From an uncultured Candidatus Saccharibacteria bacterium (GTDB taxonomy: Bacteria > Patescibacteriota > Minisyncoccia > Phycocordibacterales > GWA1-40-21), in the NCBI GenBank assembly GCA_964613715.1, contig CAZTJK010000001.1:9990-73989 (forward strand): a DNA stretch of 64,000 bases, read 5' to 3'. The notes beneath the pieces are model-generated. The model saw only the letters and a program-made list of their open reading frames with translations, was not told where the DNA came from and did no database searches. How positions within the stretch are numbered: position 1 is the stretch's first letter; the number at the start of each line of letters is the position of its first letter. Shown in pieces: positions 28,401 through 39,964 of the stretch. Position numbers and translations under genes: made by a program.

Positions 28401-29100
28401 TGTGACCTCCGTCAAGGATTTCGGCAAGGAAAAGATCATTACCGTCATTCCGGATCTCGAAGATAAGGGCAAATCAAAGAAATCAGGCGAGATTGAATAT
28501 GTCTTCAATCCGAAGCGTGTCGCGTTCGTGAAATCCGGCGACAAAATCGTCAAAGGCCAACTCCTCACCGATGGCTCCGCCGATATCGATGAGATCTTCG
28601 AATACGCTGGACGCGACAAGGCGATGGAATACATCATCAGCGAAGTTTCCAAGCCGTACGAGCTCCAGGGTGCAGCAGTGGACCGCAAACACATCGAGAT
28701 CATCGTGAAGCAGATGTTCTCGAAAAAAGTGGTCACCGATCCGGGATCGTCGAATTATTGCAAAGGCGATATCATTGACGAACTCGACTTGGTACTTGAA
28801 AACAAGAAAATCAAGGAAACGAAGGGCGATACGCTTGCCGCAGAGCTCCTCGTCATGGGCATCACCGAGTCATCGCTCTCACGCCGCTCATTCTTGTCGG
28901 CTGCATCATTCCAGCACACAGTGCGCATCCTCATCAATGCAGCGATCCGCGGCACCAAGGATGATCTCAAAGGTCTCAAGGAAAACGTCATCATCGGCCG
29001 TATCATTCCGGCAGGCACCGGCTTCGCCAAGAGCAAGAAGCATGAAATGATTGAAGCGCTCCAGAAATCATACGCGGATACGAATACAATAGGCGAATAG
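25411..29100 (+). CDS. rpoC: DNA-directed RNA polymerase subunit beta'
   Basis: Zinc-binding [20 protein letters not shown] and the catalytic [12 protein letters not shown] motif. Confidence 0.95.
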   Translation: [1229 protein letters not shown]

Positions 29101-29124
29101 AATACGGGCTCTGTTTGGACAGGT

Positions 29125-30858
29125 TTGATTCTCACAAGCATGTCATCATCCGTAGAACAAATAAAAGAACGCTTGCGCATCGAGGACGTCATTGGCTCGT
29201 ATCTCAAGCTCGAACGGGCAGGCAATAGCCTCAAGGCGCGCTGCCCGTTCCACAACGAGAAGACACCGTCCTTTTTCGTCTCGCCTGATCGCGGCGGCTA
29301 CTATTGCTTCGGCTGCGGAGAGAAAGGGGATATGTTCACATTCGTAGAAAAATTCGAAGGTATCGATTTCTTGGGCGCTCTGAAGCTTCTCGCGGATCGC
29401 GCGGGAGTGACGCTCGAAAAATTCTCGGCAAAGACAAGCGACAAGAAAGAGCGCCTCTTTGCGCTGCTTGAAGCAACAACGGCCTTCCTGCAAAAAAATC
29501 TTGATGGGGAAGAGATTCCGCATAGCTATCTCACAAAACGCGGTCTCGTGGATGCAACGATCGCCGAGTGGCGTATCGGCTATGTCCGTGACGAATGGCG
29601 CTCGATATCCGACCATCTGAAGGCAAAAGGATTCACGGACGACGAAATAGAGCGTGCTGGCATCACGAAAACGGAAGGGAAAAATACCTATGACCGCTTT
29701 CGCGGCCGCATCATGTTTCCGATAGCTGATCCTGCCGGCCGCATCATCGCATTTTCCGGGCGTATATTGCCAGGGCTCGATGATGGCAAAGTCGGCAAAT
29801 ATCTCAACAGTCCGCAAACAGAGCTTTTCGACAAATCAAAAGTCCTCTATGGCTTTGATCGGGCAAAGCAATCCATCCGAAAATTTGATTATTCGATACT
29901 CGTGGAAGGGCAGATGGACTTGCTCATGGCCCATCAGGCGGGATTCACCAATACAGTCGCATCAAGTGGCACGGCGCTCACTGCAGAGCATCTTGCCCTC
30001 TTGAAGCGAATATCAAACCGCATCATCATGTCCTTCGATTCGGACAATGCCGGCGCAAAGGCGGCCGAGCGCGCATGGGCCTTGGCCCTTGCCGCAGGCA
30101 TGGATGTAAAGATCGCCGAGATACCGAAAGGATTCGATCCGGCCGATCTCATCCTGAAAGACAAGAATCTATTCAAAGAGGTGCTGAAAAACTCCGTGCA
30201 CCTTATCGATTTCCTGCTTGCACGCATTAGGGCGGAAATAAGCGATGCAAAAAAACTCTGGTCAGCAATCAAGACGACAGTATTGCCGTACATTTATCTG
30301 CTCGAATCGGATACTGATAAAAGCCGCTATGTGTCCCGCATTGCTGAGCTTGTCGGGACAAAGGAAGCATTCGTCTGGGATGATCTGAAAAAAGTGAAGC
30401 TTGATGACGAATTCCGATCCGTACAGAAAGAGGAGAACAAGGCAATCGAGCGGCAGATGGAAGAAGGAATGCTCAAACGCGGATCGATCGAACGGAGTCT
30501 GGCAAGCATTGCGGTCAAGGAAGGGAAGCATGAGCAACATATCCTGAAACGCATTCAAGCAGAAATCGGCAAAGGGGCATATGAAAAGTTCGAGCAGGAA
30601 ATGAAGGAAAAGGAACATGAGCTTGGATTCGAGGCAGAAGGGTACTACGGCAGCTTCTCCAAGCAGAAATTGGAACAGGAGATTGAGGGGCTCTTCCTCG
30701 GATTAAAAGAAGAAACATTAAATAAGGAACGAGGCGAGATAGCAAGCGAGATAGCACGAACGAAGGATGACGAGAAAAAGAAACATTTACTGGTGCGCAG
30801 CATGGATCTCTCGCGGCAGATAGAGCGGATCAAGGCGGACAAGAAGAAATTTTTATAA
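29125..30858 (+). CDS. dnaG: DNA primase
   Basis: Zinc ribbon [30 protein letters not shown] and the TOPRIM motif EGQMDLL. Confidence 0.9.
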   Translation: MILTSMSSSVEQIKERLRIEDVIGSYLKLERAGNSLKARCPFHNEKTPSFFVSPDRGGYYCFGCGEKGDMFTFVEKFEGIDFLGALKLLADRAGVTLEKFSAKTSDKKERLFALLEATTAFLQKNLDGEEIPHSYLTKRGLVDATIAEWRIGYVRDEWRSISDHLKAKGFTDDEIERAGITKTEGKNTYDRFRGRIMFPIADPAGRIIAFSGRILPGLDDGKVGKYLNSPQTELFDKSKVLYGFDRAKQSIRKFDYSILVEGQMDLLMAHQAGFTNTVASSGTALTAEHLALLKRISNRIIMSFDSDNAGAKAAERAWALALAAGMDVKIAEIPKGFDPADLILKDKNLFKEVLKNSVHLIDFLLARIRAEISDAKKLWSAIKTTVLPYIYLLESDTDKSRYVSRIAELVGTKEAFVWDDLKKVKLDDEFRSVQKEENKAIERQMEEGMLKRGSIERSLASIAVKEGKHEQHILKRIQAEIGKGAYEKFEQEMKEKEHELGFEAEGYYGSFSKQKLEQEIEGLFLGLKEETLNKERGEIASEIARTKDDEKKKHLLVRSMDLSRQIERIKADKKKFL

Positions 30859-30881
30859 GCGATAAACATTACACAGGACAT

Positions 30882-32060
<1,179 letters not shown>

Positions 32061-32063
32061 CTG

Positions 32064-32090
32064 AAAGCCCGCTCAAAGCGGGCTTTTTGT
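32064..32090 (+). terminator. Intrinsic terminator: agcccgct-caa-agcgggct followed by T5
   Basis: Ends the rpoB-rpoC-dnaG-rpoD block. Confidence 0.75.
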
Positions 32091-32111
32091 ATGCTAAAAT
32101 AACCGCTACTT

Positions 32112-34982
32112 ATGACCTTCGAGGAACGCTATAAAAGCCTCAATTTGAGCCAAAAACGGGCTGTAGACGCCATTGAGGGGCCAGTCATGGTCATTGCCGG
32201 TCCGGGCACGGGCAAAACAACTATATTGACTATGCGCATAGCCAATATCCTGAAGCGTACGGACACTCCGGCACATGGCATTCTTGCTATCACCTACACT
32301 TCTGCGGGTGTAAGAGCAATGCGCGAGAACCTGCGCACTATCATAGGCAGCCGAGCGGATGAAGTGGCAATACACACCTTCCATGATTTTGCTTCCGCGA
32401 TGATCGCCGAATATCAGGATCATTTCTTGCATTTGAAAGACATGCGTCTCATTTCGGATGTTGAACAAGAATCGCTCGTGCGTACGATTCTTCTCGACCC
32501 GGCATTCGCAGCGCTGCGACCAGCCGGAAGACCGGATACCTTCGTGGAAGGCATCTTACGCGCCATTGATAACGCCAAGCGCGATGCGCTCACGCCAGAT
32601 ATGGTCGTTGCATACGCGAAAAGCGAAATCGAACGGATCGAACACGATGAAGTATCGCGTTCGACAAGGGGAGCGAGCAAAGGAAAGCTCAAGGCCGAGG
32701 CTCTTGAAGCGATCGGAAAATGCGAGCGGACCCTGCTCTTTGCCAAGGTCTATGCTGAATACGAAAAGCGAAAATCTGCAGAACACATGATGGATTTCAA
32801 CGACCTTATCATGGAGTTCCTGCTCGCGCTCAAGCATGACGAGCTCTTCCTCCGGCTCATCCAGGAGCGCTTCCTCTATGTTCATGTCGACGAGCATCAG
32901 GATACAAACGACGCGCAGAATCTCATCATCGGCATGATCGCCGAATTCTTCGATGTGCCGAACATATTCATCGTCGGCGACGAGAAGCAGGCCATCTATC
33001 GTTTCCAGGGCGCATCAGTGGAAAATTTTATGCTCCTGCAGAAACGCTATCCCGCAATGCAGATCATATCCCTCGATACGAATTACCGATCGCATCAGGG
33101 GATTCTCGACACGAGCTTTTCCATGATTGAGCACAACTACGCCGAAGGAGAGCACACGGACCTGCGCATACCCCTAGCATCCGGCAAAAAAGAAGCAGCG
33201 GCCCCTATCGTGATCGCAATGGGAGAAAATACCGCTGCAGCGGATGCATATCTCGTAGAAGAATTGAAGCGCCTGAGAACAAGAGAGCCAGCTTCGACTA
33301 TTGCTATCATCACCAGACGGAACCGCGAGCTCGAACGGGTATTGCGGCTTTTGGAATCGAACGGTATCCCAGTATCTTCGGAACGGAGCATCGATATTTT
33401 CAAGCATCCCCTTGGCGTAGTATTCTTCGACCTTATCGAATACCTTGCCGATCCTGCGCGCACCGATGCACTAGGAAAAACGATGGCGGCAGGGCTCTGG
33501 CATTTGACGCTTGCAGAAACGGCGGAACTCTCGCGCCTGCTGCGAAGCGGCAAAGACGCCAACCTGGAAACGCGGCTCTCGGGCCTATCGAATATCCTGA
33601 AGCAGAAAGCGGCTGATGATCCGCTCGGCTTTCTTATCACTGCCTGCCGGGAATCAGGCTTTGCGGATATTGCATCGCGCGATCCTGCATATGTGTATGT
33701 TTGGCGGGGCATCATGACGCTTGCAGAATCGCTCGTACGCGATCGCGGACTCAAAAGCCCGATTACGCTCATGGAGGCCCTCTTGGAATATCGGCGTTCG
33801 GCTGAATCAAAAATGATAAAAGTATCTGTCGGCGCGCCTGATTTTCCAATACGAGCCATGACGGCTCATGGCAGCAAAGGCCTCGAGTTCGACTATGTAT
33901 TCCTCCCATACGCGACCGAGGAAGCGTGGGTGAGTAGGCCGCGCGGTGCTTATTTCGTATTGCCGAAAAAACAGGTCTCGCACGATGATATCCGCGATAC
34001 TCGGCGCCTCTTTTATGTAGCGCTGACCCGCGCACGGACTGGCCTGACGATACTCACTGCGAGAGAGGAATCTGACGGATCAGCACTTACGCCCCTGCGA
34101 TTCCTCGATGAGCTCGGCAGCAAGCATATATCTCATGCACGATTGCCGCGCCTTGAAACTGTGCTCCCGGCCTTGGAAATGCAAGATGCGAAAAAAAAAT
34201 CAGCCAATGCCCTTACAGATCTTGCCAAGCATGTGCTTCTCTCATCAGGCCTGTCGCCGACTGCACTCAATCATTTTCTCGAAAGCCCGCTCGTGTTCCT
34301 CCAGGAAAGTATCCTGAAGCTCCCACAAGCTCCATCCGTATCCGCAGAAAAGGGTAGGGCTATGCATTTCGCCCTTGAATCTGCTTGGCGCCTTGCAGAA
34401 AAGACCCCTGCAACGCTCGCGGCGACCATTCAGGAGAAGACCGCGGAATATCTTGATGAATCATTCCTGCCATCACGCGAAAAAGAAATAGTGAGGCAAG
34501 AGCTTGCTGAAAATGCGGTGGCGGTAGCACACGCTTTGATAGGCCATTTCAATACTGCCGGCCTCGCACGCAGCGAATATATGCTTGAATCAATATTCGA
34601 AGGGTCATATGAAGGAATGCCGGTGCGGATCCCGATACGCGGAAAGCTCGATCTTATCATCGACAACGGCAATGTGATTTCAATCTTCGATTATAAGACG
34701 CGGCAGGGAATGTCAGTCGCTGAAATAAAAGGCGAGACAAAAAGCTCGAACGGCGACTATTTCCGGCAGCTTGTATTCTACGCACTCCTTGCCGGCAATG
34801 AGTCGCGGTGGAAGATGAAACGAAAGGAGGTATCCCTGGTATTTGTTTCGCCCGACACGAAAGGCCGCTGCCCGGTAATAACGCTCGATATCCGCGAAAA
34901 AGACATGGAAAAGCTCCGCGCTGAAATCCAGTCACTGATCGACTGCGTCTGGGGCGGTTCGCTGCCGGAATCCCTGTTCTAG
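32112..34982 (+). CDS. UvrD-family helicase fused to a C-terminal PD-(D/E)XK (RecB-like) nuclease domain (AddA/PcrA-like)
   Basis: Walker A AGPGTGKTT. UvrD motifs VDEHQDTN and VGDEKQAIYRFQGA. The C-terminal segment GKLDLIIDNGNVISIFDYKT is the nuclease core. Confidence 0.8.
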   Translation: MTFEERYKSLNLSQKRAVDAIEGPVMVIAGPGTGKTTILTMRIANILKRTDTPAHGILAITYTSAGVRAMRENLRTIIGSRADEVAIHTFHDFASAMIAEYQDHFLHLKDMRLISDVEQESLVRTILLDPAFAALRPAGRPDTFVEGILRAIDNAKRDALTPDMVVAYAKSEIERIEHDEVSRSTRGASKGKLKAEALEAIGKCERTLLFAKVYAEYEKRKSAEHMMDFNDLIMEFLLALKHDELFLRLIQERFLYVHVDEHQDTNDAQNLIIGMIAEFFDVPNIFIVGDEKQAIYRFQGASVENFMLLQKRYPAMQIISLDTNYRSHQGILDTSFSMIEHNYAEGEHTDLRIPLASGKKEAAAPIVIAMGENTAAADAYLVEELKRLRTREPASTIAIITRRNRELERVLRLLESNGIPVSSERSIDIFKHPLGVVFFDLIEYLADPARTDALGKTMAAGLWHLTLAETAELSRLLRSGKDANLETRLSGLSNILKQKAADDPLGFLITACRESGFADIASRDPAYVYVWRGIMTLAESLVRDRGLKSPITLMEALLEYRRSAESKMIKVSVGAPDFPIRAMTAHGSKGLEFDYVFLPYATEEAWVSRPRGAYFVLPKKQVSHDDIRDTRRLFYVALTRARTGLTILTAREESDGSALTPLRFLDELGSKHISHARLPRLETVLPALEMQDAKKKSANALTDLAKHVLLSSGLSPTALNHFLESPLVFLQESILKLPQAPSVSAEKGRAMHFALESAWRLAEKTPATLAATIQEKTAEYLDESFLPSREKEIVRQELAENAVAVAHALIGHFNTAGLARSEYMLESIFEGSYEGMPVRIPIRGKLDLIIDNGNVISIFDYKTRQGMSVAEIKGETKSSNGDYFRQLVFYALLAGNESRWKMKRKEVSLVFVSPDTKGRCPVITLDIREKDMEKLRAEIQSLIDCVWGGSLPESLF

Positions 34983-35780
34983 CTATTGCAGTACTGTATC
35001 GAGTATTTTTGTAACAATGCTCGACGGCAATGCGCCCGATAAAGCTACTGCGGCATTATTGGAAGACAAGAATACGTTCGCACCGAGACCATTCGTCGCG
35101 ATATAGGCTTTTAAGGAATCGGAGGTTGCTGACGAAAGGGGCGTCGTGAGAATCAAAAGACTGAATGGCGTTCCTTGTGCGCCGGCATTTTCCGCTTCGG
35201 CGATCTGGGACTGTATCTTATCTGCATATTTGCCGCTTGCAACACAGGTATTAAATGCAGTCACATCAAGACCGACGTCTTTTGCGATGACCGGTAGCTT
35301 TGCCGGGTCGAGCGTATTGTTCGATGTGGTCGTCGTGAAGACTTCATTGATATATTTCCAGAAAGCCTCATTGCCGCCAAGCTCTGCTGCGCATTCCGAT
35401 GCTTCCGCTTCCTTTTCAGCGCGCGAGTGAAGACTTGCGATCGGGAACTGGCGATACACCCATGCCACCTTGCCATTCTTGCCATACGTATTCATGATCG
35501 AATTGAGCGTGCTTTGAAAAACCTTGCAGTACGGGCATTCGAGATCAGAAAATTCGACGATCGTGACTGGCGCATTCGGGTTGCCGAGGATATGCTCTTT
35601 CGGGCTGACTGCAGCAAAGGTGATGTCAGCGGTCTTCACATCCGATGCGCTGCCCTGGGCCGGCGTATGTGTCCTGCCGGAAAGGTAGATCGCTCCGGCG
35701 ATGAAAAGCCCGGCAACGATGATGGCGCCTGGTATTGAGAGATTGCTTTTTGCTGCTGTTTGTCCTGTCGTCTGGTCCAT
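34983..35780 (-). CDS. DsbA-family thiol:disulfide oxidoreductase (membrane-anchored)
   Basis: N-terminal TM helix and the thioredoxin motif EFSDLECPYCKVF. Confidence 0.8.
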   Translation of the reverse strand: MDQTTGQTAAKSNLSIPGAIIVAGLFIAGAIYLSGRTHTPAQGSASDVKTADITFAAVSPKEHILGNPNAPVTIVEFSDLECPYCKVFQSTLNSIMNTYGKNGKVAWVYRQFPIASLHSRAEKEAEASECAAELGGNEAFWKYINEVFTTTTSNNTLDPAKLPVIAKDVGLDVTAFNTCVASGKYADKIQSQIAEAENAGAQGTPFSLLILTTPLSSATSDSLKAYIATNGLGANVFLSSNNAAVALSGALPSSIVTKILDTVLQ

Positions 35781-35873
35781 GAGAATGCGTGATTATGCTG
35801 ATAACTTCAGGCAATTGTATCATGGGGAAATGGAGTTGCAAAAAAGGCCTTTTTCAGGTAGTATAAGCGGTCT

Positions 35874-36191
35874 ATGGAATTCGCAGTCATCAAAACGGGC
35901 GGCAAGCAGTATACGGTCTCCAAGGGCTCATCCATCAAGGTGGAAAAGCTTTCCGATACCGCAAAAGTCGGCGACAAGGTCACCTTTGACCAGGTGCTTC
36001 TCGTCGACGACGGCAAGAACGCCACTATCGGCACGCCGTATATCAAGGGTGCAAAAGTGGAGGCGAAAATCGAGGAAATTGGCCGCAACAAGAAAATCAT
36101 GGTCATGCATTACAAGCAGAAGAGCCGCTATTTCAAGAAAAATGGCCACCGCCAGCCATTCTTCAAGGTAAAGATCGACTCGATCAAATAA
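35874..36191 (+). CDS. rplU: 50S ribosomal protein L21
   Basis: MEFAVIKTGGKQYTVSKG.... TATAAG lies 7 nt before the ATG. The gene is solitary; rpmA is not adjacent. Confidence 0.9.
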   Translation: MEFAVIKTGGKQYTVSKGSSIKVEKLSDTAKVGDKVTFDQVLLVDDGKNATIGTPYIKGAKVEAKIEEIGRNKKIMVMHYKQKSRYFKKNGHRQPFFKVKIDSIK

Positions 36192-36198
36192 ATATCAA

Positions 36199-36228
36199 AA
36201 AGCCGCGCCCTTCGGGCGCGGCTTTTTC
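36199..36228. terminator. Bidirectional intrinsic terminator: agccgcgccc-ttcg-ggcgcggct
   Basis: Flanked by an A-run and a T-run. Shared by rplU (+) and recR (-). Confidence 0.75.
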
Positions 36229-36845
36229 TATCCTCTATTCTTCAGCGCATTCTTGATCGTCTCCGGATCGGAATATTCAAGTTCTGTACCAGTTGAAAGG
36301 CCGCGGCCGAGCTCTGAAACTTTTATGGAATGCTTTACAAGCAGGGGAGTAAGCGCATTCTTCAGAAGTTCCGCGGTATATTCGCCTTCAGCATTCGCAT
36401 CAAGACCGAGAATGATCTCGGTCAATCCCGCGTCCGCGATTTTACCAGCAAAGGCCAGGAATTCCTTGAGCCTGATCCTTTGCTCTGGATTCTTATCGAG
36501 AATCGGCACGAGGCCGCCGAGCACAAAGTATCGTCCGTTCATCACATGGCTTTTCTCAATATTGTCGAGATCGATATCGCGTCCGACTACCATGAGCGTA
36601 CTGGTATCACGCGTACCATCTGCGCAGATAGTGCAGAGATTCTTCATGCCGCTGCTTTTGACGAAATATCTTCGGCATTCACCGCATGATGTAATGTCGG
36701 ATTTCAGCTCGCTGATTTCCTTCTTGAGCTCCTCGATATAGCTTGGGCTCTTGGTGATCAGGAAATACACGAAGCGGCGCGCCTGCTTCGGGCCGATACC
36801 GGGAAATTCTGAGAATATCTTGATGAGTTTGTCGATCGAGTTCAT
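36228..36845 (-). CDS. recR: Recombination protein RecR
   Basis: Zinc finger CGECRRYFVKSSGMKNLCTIC and a TOPRIM domain. Confidence 0.9.
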   Translation of the reverse strand: MNSIDKLIKIFSEFPGIGPKQARRFVYFLITKSPSYIEELKKEISELKSDITSCGECRRYFVKSSGMKNLCTICADGTRDTSTLMVVGRDIDLDNIEKSHVMNGRYFVLGGLVPILDKNPEQRIRLKEFLAFAGKIADAGLTEIILGLDANAEGEYTAELLKNALTPLLVKHSIKVSELGRGLSTGTELEYSDPETIKNALKNRG

Positions 36846-36847
36846 AG

Positions 36848-38227
36848 CTAGAATGCGCCGCTTGATTTGCCATAATCGCCATAATCGGCCTTGTCGAGTG
36901 TGGTGAAAGATGATTTGTCCTGGTCGAAATAAAGCTCGATCTTTCCAGTCGGGCCATTCCTATGCTTTTCGATGAGGATCTCCGCTATCTGCTTCTTGCC
37001 ACCGCCATCGTCATTCTGCTCACGATGGATGAACATGACCACGTCTGCATCCTGCTCGATAGAGCCGGAGTCGCGCAGGTCTGAGAGGCGCGGACGGCCA
37101 CCGCGTGACTCCACGGCACGCGAGAGCTGCGAAAGCGCGATGACCGGAATATCGAATTCCTTTGCAAGCTGCTTGAGCGAATGCGAGATTTCGGTGATCT
37201 GCTGTACGACATTGTCACCGCCCTTGGTCTGCACCGGCGCCATGAGCTGGAGATAGTCCACGATGATGAGGCCGAGATTTTTCTCATGCTTGAGGCGGCG
37301 CACGACGGAGCGCATCTTCAATATATTATTCGCAGCCTGATCATCGATAAAGAGCGGCGCTTTGGAAAGGGGATCCAGGGCCTCGGTGATGCGGCTGAAT
37401 TCCTCCTCAAGATTGAGCTTGCCGGTGCGTAATTTCCACGCATCGACGCGGCTTTCTGCGGCAAGCATACGATCCACAAGCTGCTGGGTCGACATTTCAA
37501 GCGAGAAAATCATTGTCGGGATATTGTGGCGGATCGCGGCATTGCGCGCTATATCGAGCGCAAGTGATGTCTTACCCATTGAAGGACGCGCGGCAAGGAT
37601 GACCAGATCGCTATTTTGCAAGCCCGAAAGCTTGAAATCAAGGTCCTTGAATCCGGTCGGCACGCCGCGGATTTCGTCTTTTGAATTATGTAAGCGATCG
37701 AGGCGCTCCATGGCGGTCGGAATGACCTGCTTCATTTCCACGTATTTGCCGGAAAGGGTTTTCGACGTCACGTCATAGAGCTTCTTCTCAGCGCGATCGA
37801 GGAGCTCTTCGAGCATTGCTTCTTCCTCATAGCCGAGGTTGCCGATATGCTCTGCTGCTTCGATAAGCTTGCGCATGACATATTTCTTTTGCACGATCGT
37901 CGCATAATGCTCGGCATTCGACGAAGAGGGGACGGAGTTGACGATTTCCGTCAGATAGCTGAGGCCGCCAATACGATCAAGATCGCCAGATTCCTTGAGT
38001 TTCGAGGAAAGGGTCAGGAGGTCGATCGGTTCCTGGCGTTGGTAAAGAGCCATCATCGCTCGGAAAATCGTGCGATGCTTCTCACTGTAAAACGCCTCTG
38101 GCACGAGCATGTCCATGATTTCCGGCAATGCCTCCGGACGCACCATGATAGAGCCGAGTAGGGCGATTTCGGAATCGATATTCTGCGGCGGGATCCTGAT
38201 TTGTATTTTCCGTGCTTCTGTCGCCAT
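36848..38227 (-). CDS. dnaB: Replicative DNA helicase
   Basis: Walker A AARPSMGKTS, and IIVDYLQLM... in the RecA-fold C-terminal domain. Confidence 0.9.
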   Translation of the reverse strand: MATEARKIQIRIPPQNIDSEIALLGSIMVRPEALPEIMDMLVPEAFYSEKHRTIFRAMMALYQRQEPIDLLTLSSKLKESGDLDRIGGLSYLTEIVNSVPSSSNAEHYATIVQKKYVMRKLIEAAEHIGNLGYEEEAMLEELLDRAEKKLYDVTSKTLSGKYVEMKQVIPTAMERLDRLHNSKDEIRGVPTGFKDLDFKLSGLQNSDLVILAARPSMGKTSLALDIARNAAIRHNIPTMIFSLEMSTQQLVDRMLAAESRVDAWKLRTGKLNLEEEFSRITEALDPLSKAPLFIDDQAANNILKMRSVVRRLKHEKNLGLIIVDYLQLMAPVQTKGGDNVVQQITEISHSLKQLAKEFDIPVIALSQLSRAVESRGGRPRLSDLRDSGSIEQDADVVMFIHREQNDDGGGKKQIAEILIEKHRNGPTGKIELYFDQDKSSFTTLDKADYGDYGKSSGAF

Positions 38228-38312
38228 AGTTTTGATATTTCCATTCTAACAGCGCCATTTTCAGCCCGCAACGCGAAAGTTCCGCATAAGGTGTGGGGAA
38301 TGTGTGGAAATC

Positions 38313-38338
38313 AAAAAGCCCATCTTTCGATGGGCTTT
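38313..38338 (-). terminator. Intrinsic terminator on the minus strand: aagcccatcg-aaag-atgggctt followed by T5
   Basis: Lies about 185 nt downstream of the cysS stop, leaving an unusually long 3' region. Confidence 0.6.
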
Positions 38339-38523
38339 ATCTGGATTATGTATGGAGCTTTTGGCCCCAACGATGCGTGCGCGTCGCGCCAGCAATGCGC
38401 AACAGCTCCTTATTGATGCTGCTTTTCTTTTTCTTCCGCCTGCGATGCTTCCGTTTTCGCATGCCGTGCTCCTTTGCACAAAAATATCCTCTAGAAAAAG
38501 AATAGGGAAAAACACAGCAAAAG

Positions 38524-39957
38524 TCAAAGCTTTCGTACCTCTTGCCCTTCTGTAGTATCTTTCACTTCAAAACCAAGTGATTGTATTTTATCTCGCAATT
38601 CGTCTGATTTTTTCCATTCTTTTGCAACACGTGCTGTCTTACGCTCATTGAGAAGCTTTTGCACGTCAGCCGGGATGTGGATTGGCATCTGCTTTTTTAT
38701 TGTGCCTAACTCAAGGCCAAGCACGAGATCAAAGTTCAACGCAGTAGCACGCTTATCAGCAGCCGACAGATTCGATTTCAGCATTTCATTCAGAATACCC
38801 ATCGCTTGCGGCATATTCAAATCATCGTTGATCGCTGCAAAAAACTTCTCCTTCCATTCAGCATTTACATGACCGTTTGCGCTTCCAAGATGGGTGATTT
38901 TTTCATAAAGATTTTCTAAACCATGTTTCGCAGCGGTCAAAATCTCCTCATTCCATTCCATCTGCTTACGATAATGAACCGAGAGCGCAGCAAAGCGGTA
39001 GGCGAGCGGGCTGATCCCTTTTTTCACAAATTCGCTCTCAACCGTGATGAAATCTCCTGCGCTTTTCGCCATCTTGCCGCCATCCTTCACGTTCAGGAAT
39101 TCGCCGTGGATCCAGAAATTCACCCATGGCTTTGTGCCGGTCGCTGCTTCCGTCTGGGCGATTTCGTTCGTATGGTGCACATTCACATGGTCAACGCCGC
39201 CGCAGTGCAGGTCGAAATGCTCGCCGAGATACTTGAGCGCCATCGCCGAGCATTCGATATGCCAGCCGGGAAAGCCGATGCCCCACGGGCTTTGCCACTC
39301 CATTTGCCGCTTTGCGCCAACGGCCGAGAATTTCCAGAGTGCGAAATCAGTGTGATTTTTCTTCTCATTATTCGCTTCCACGCGGGCGCCTTCTTTCAAG
39401 CTTTCGAGCTTCTGGCCGGAAAATTTTGCATAATCCGGGAATTTCGCCGTATCAAAATAGATGCCGTCTGATGTACGGTAGGTAAAGCCTTTCTTTTCGA
39501 GCTCTTCGATAAGGGCAATCTGCTCGTCGATGGTATCCGTTGCCTTGCAGACGATAGTCGGCCGCTCGATGTTCAAAAGCTCCTCATCCTTGAAAAAGGC
39601 CTTCGTATAAAAATCCGCGATCTGCCAGGCAGTCTTGCCCTCTTTTTTCGCTTCCATCTCCACCTTGTCCTCACCCATGTCACGATCATTCGTCATGTGG
39701 CCGACATCAGTGATATTCATCACATGGCGGACCTTGTAGCCATTGTATTCAAGCGTGCGGCGCAAGAGATCCTCGAATATATACGTGCGCATATTGCCAA
39801 GATGCGGATAGTTGTACACGGTCGGCCCACAGGTGTACATACCTGCCTTGCCAGGCTTTATCGGCACGAACAGCTCCTTTTTCCGCGATCGAGTATTATA
39901 GAGGAAGAGGGGAGCGGCGGGGCTCTTTCCAAATAGCGATAGAAGGGAAGAGAGCAT
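38524..39957 (-). CDS. cysS: Cysteinyl-tRNA synthetase
   Basis: MYTCGPTVYNYPHLGNMRTY is the class I HIGH region, and KMAKS is the KMSKS variant. Confidence 0.9.
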   Translation of the reverse strand: MLSSLLSLFGKSPAAPLFLYNTRSRKKELFVPIKPGKAGMYTCGPTVYNYPHLGNMRTYIFEDLLRRTLEYNGYKVRHVMNITDVGHMTNDRDMGEDKVEMEAKKEGKTAWQIADFYTKAFFKDEELLNIERPTIVCKATDTIDEQIALIEELEKKGFTYRTSDGIYFDTAKFPDYAKFSGQKLESLKEGARVEANNEKKNHTDFALWKFSAVGAKRQMEWQSPWGIGFPGWHIECSAMALKYLGEHFDLHCGGVDHVNVHHTNEIAQTEAATGTKPWVNFWIHGEFLNVKDGGKMAKSAGDFITVESEFVKKGISPLAYRFAALSVHYRKQMEWNEEILTAAKHGLENLYEKITHLGSANGHVNAEWKEKFFAAINDDLNMPQAMGILNEMLKSNLSAADKRATALNFDLVLGLELGTIKKQMPIHIPADVQKLLNERKTARVAKEWKKSDELRDKIQSLGFEVKDTTEGQEVRKL

Positions 39958-39964
39958 GGCAAAC

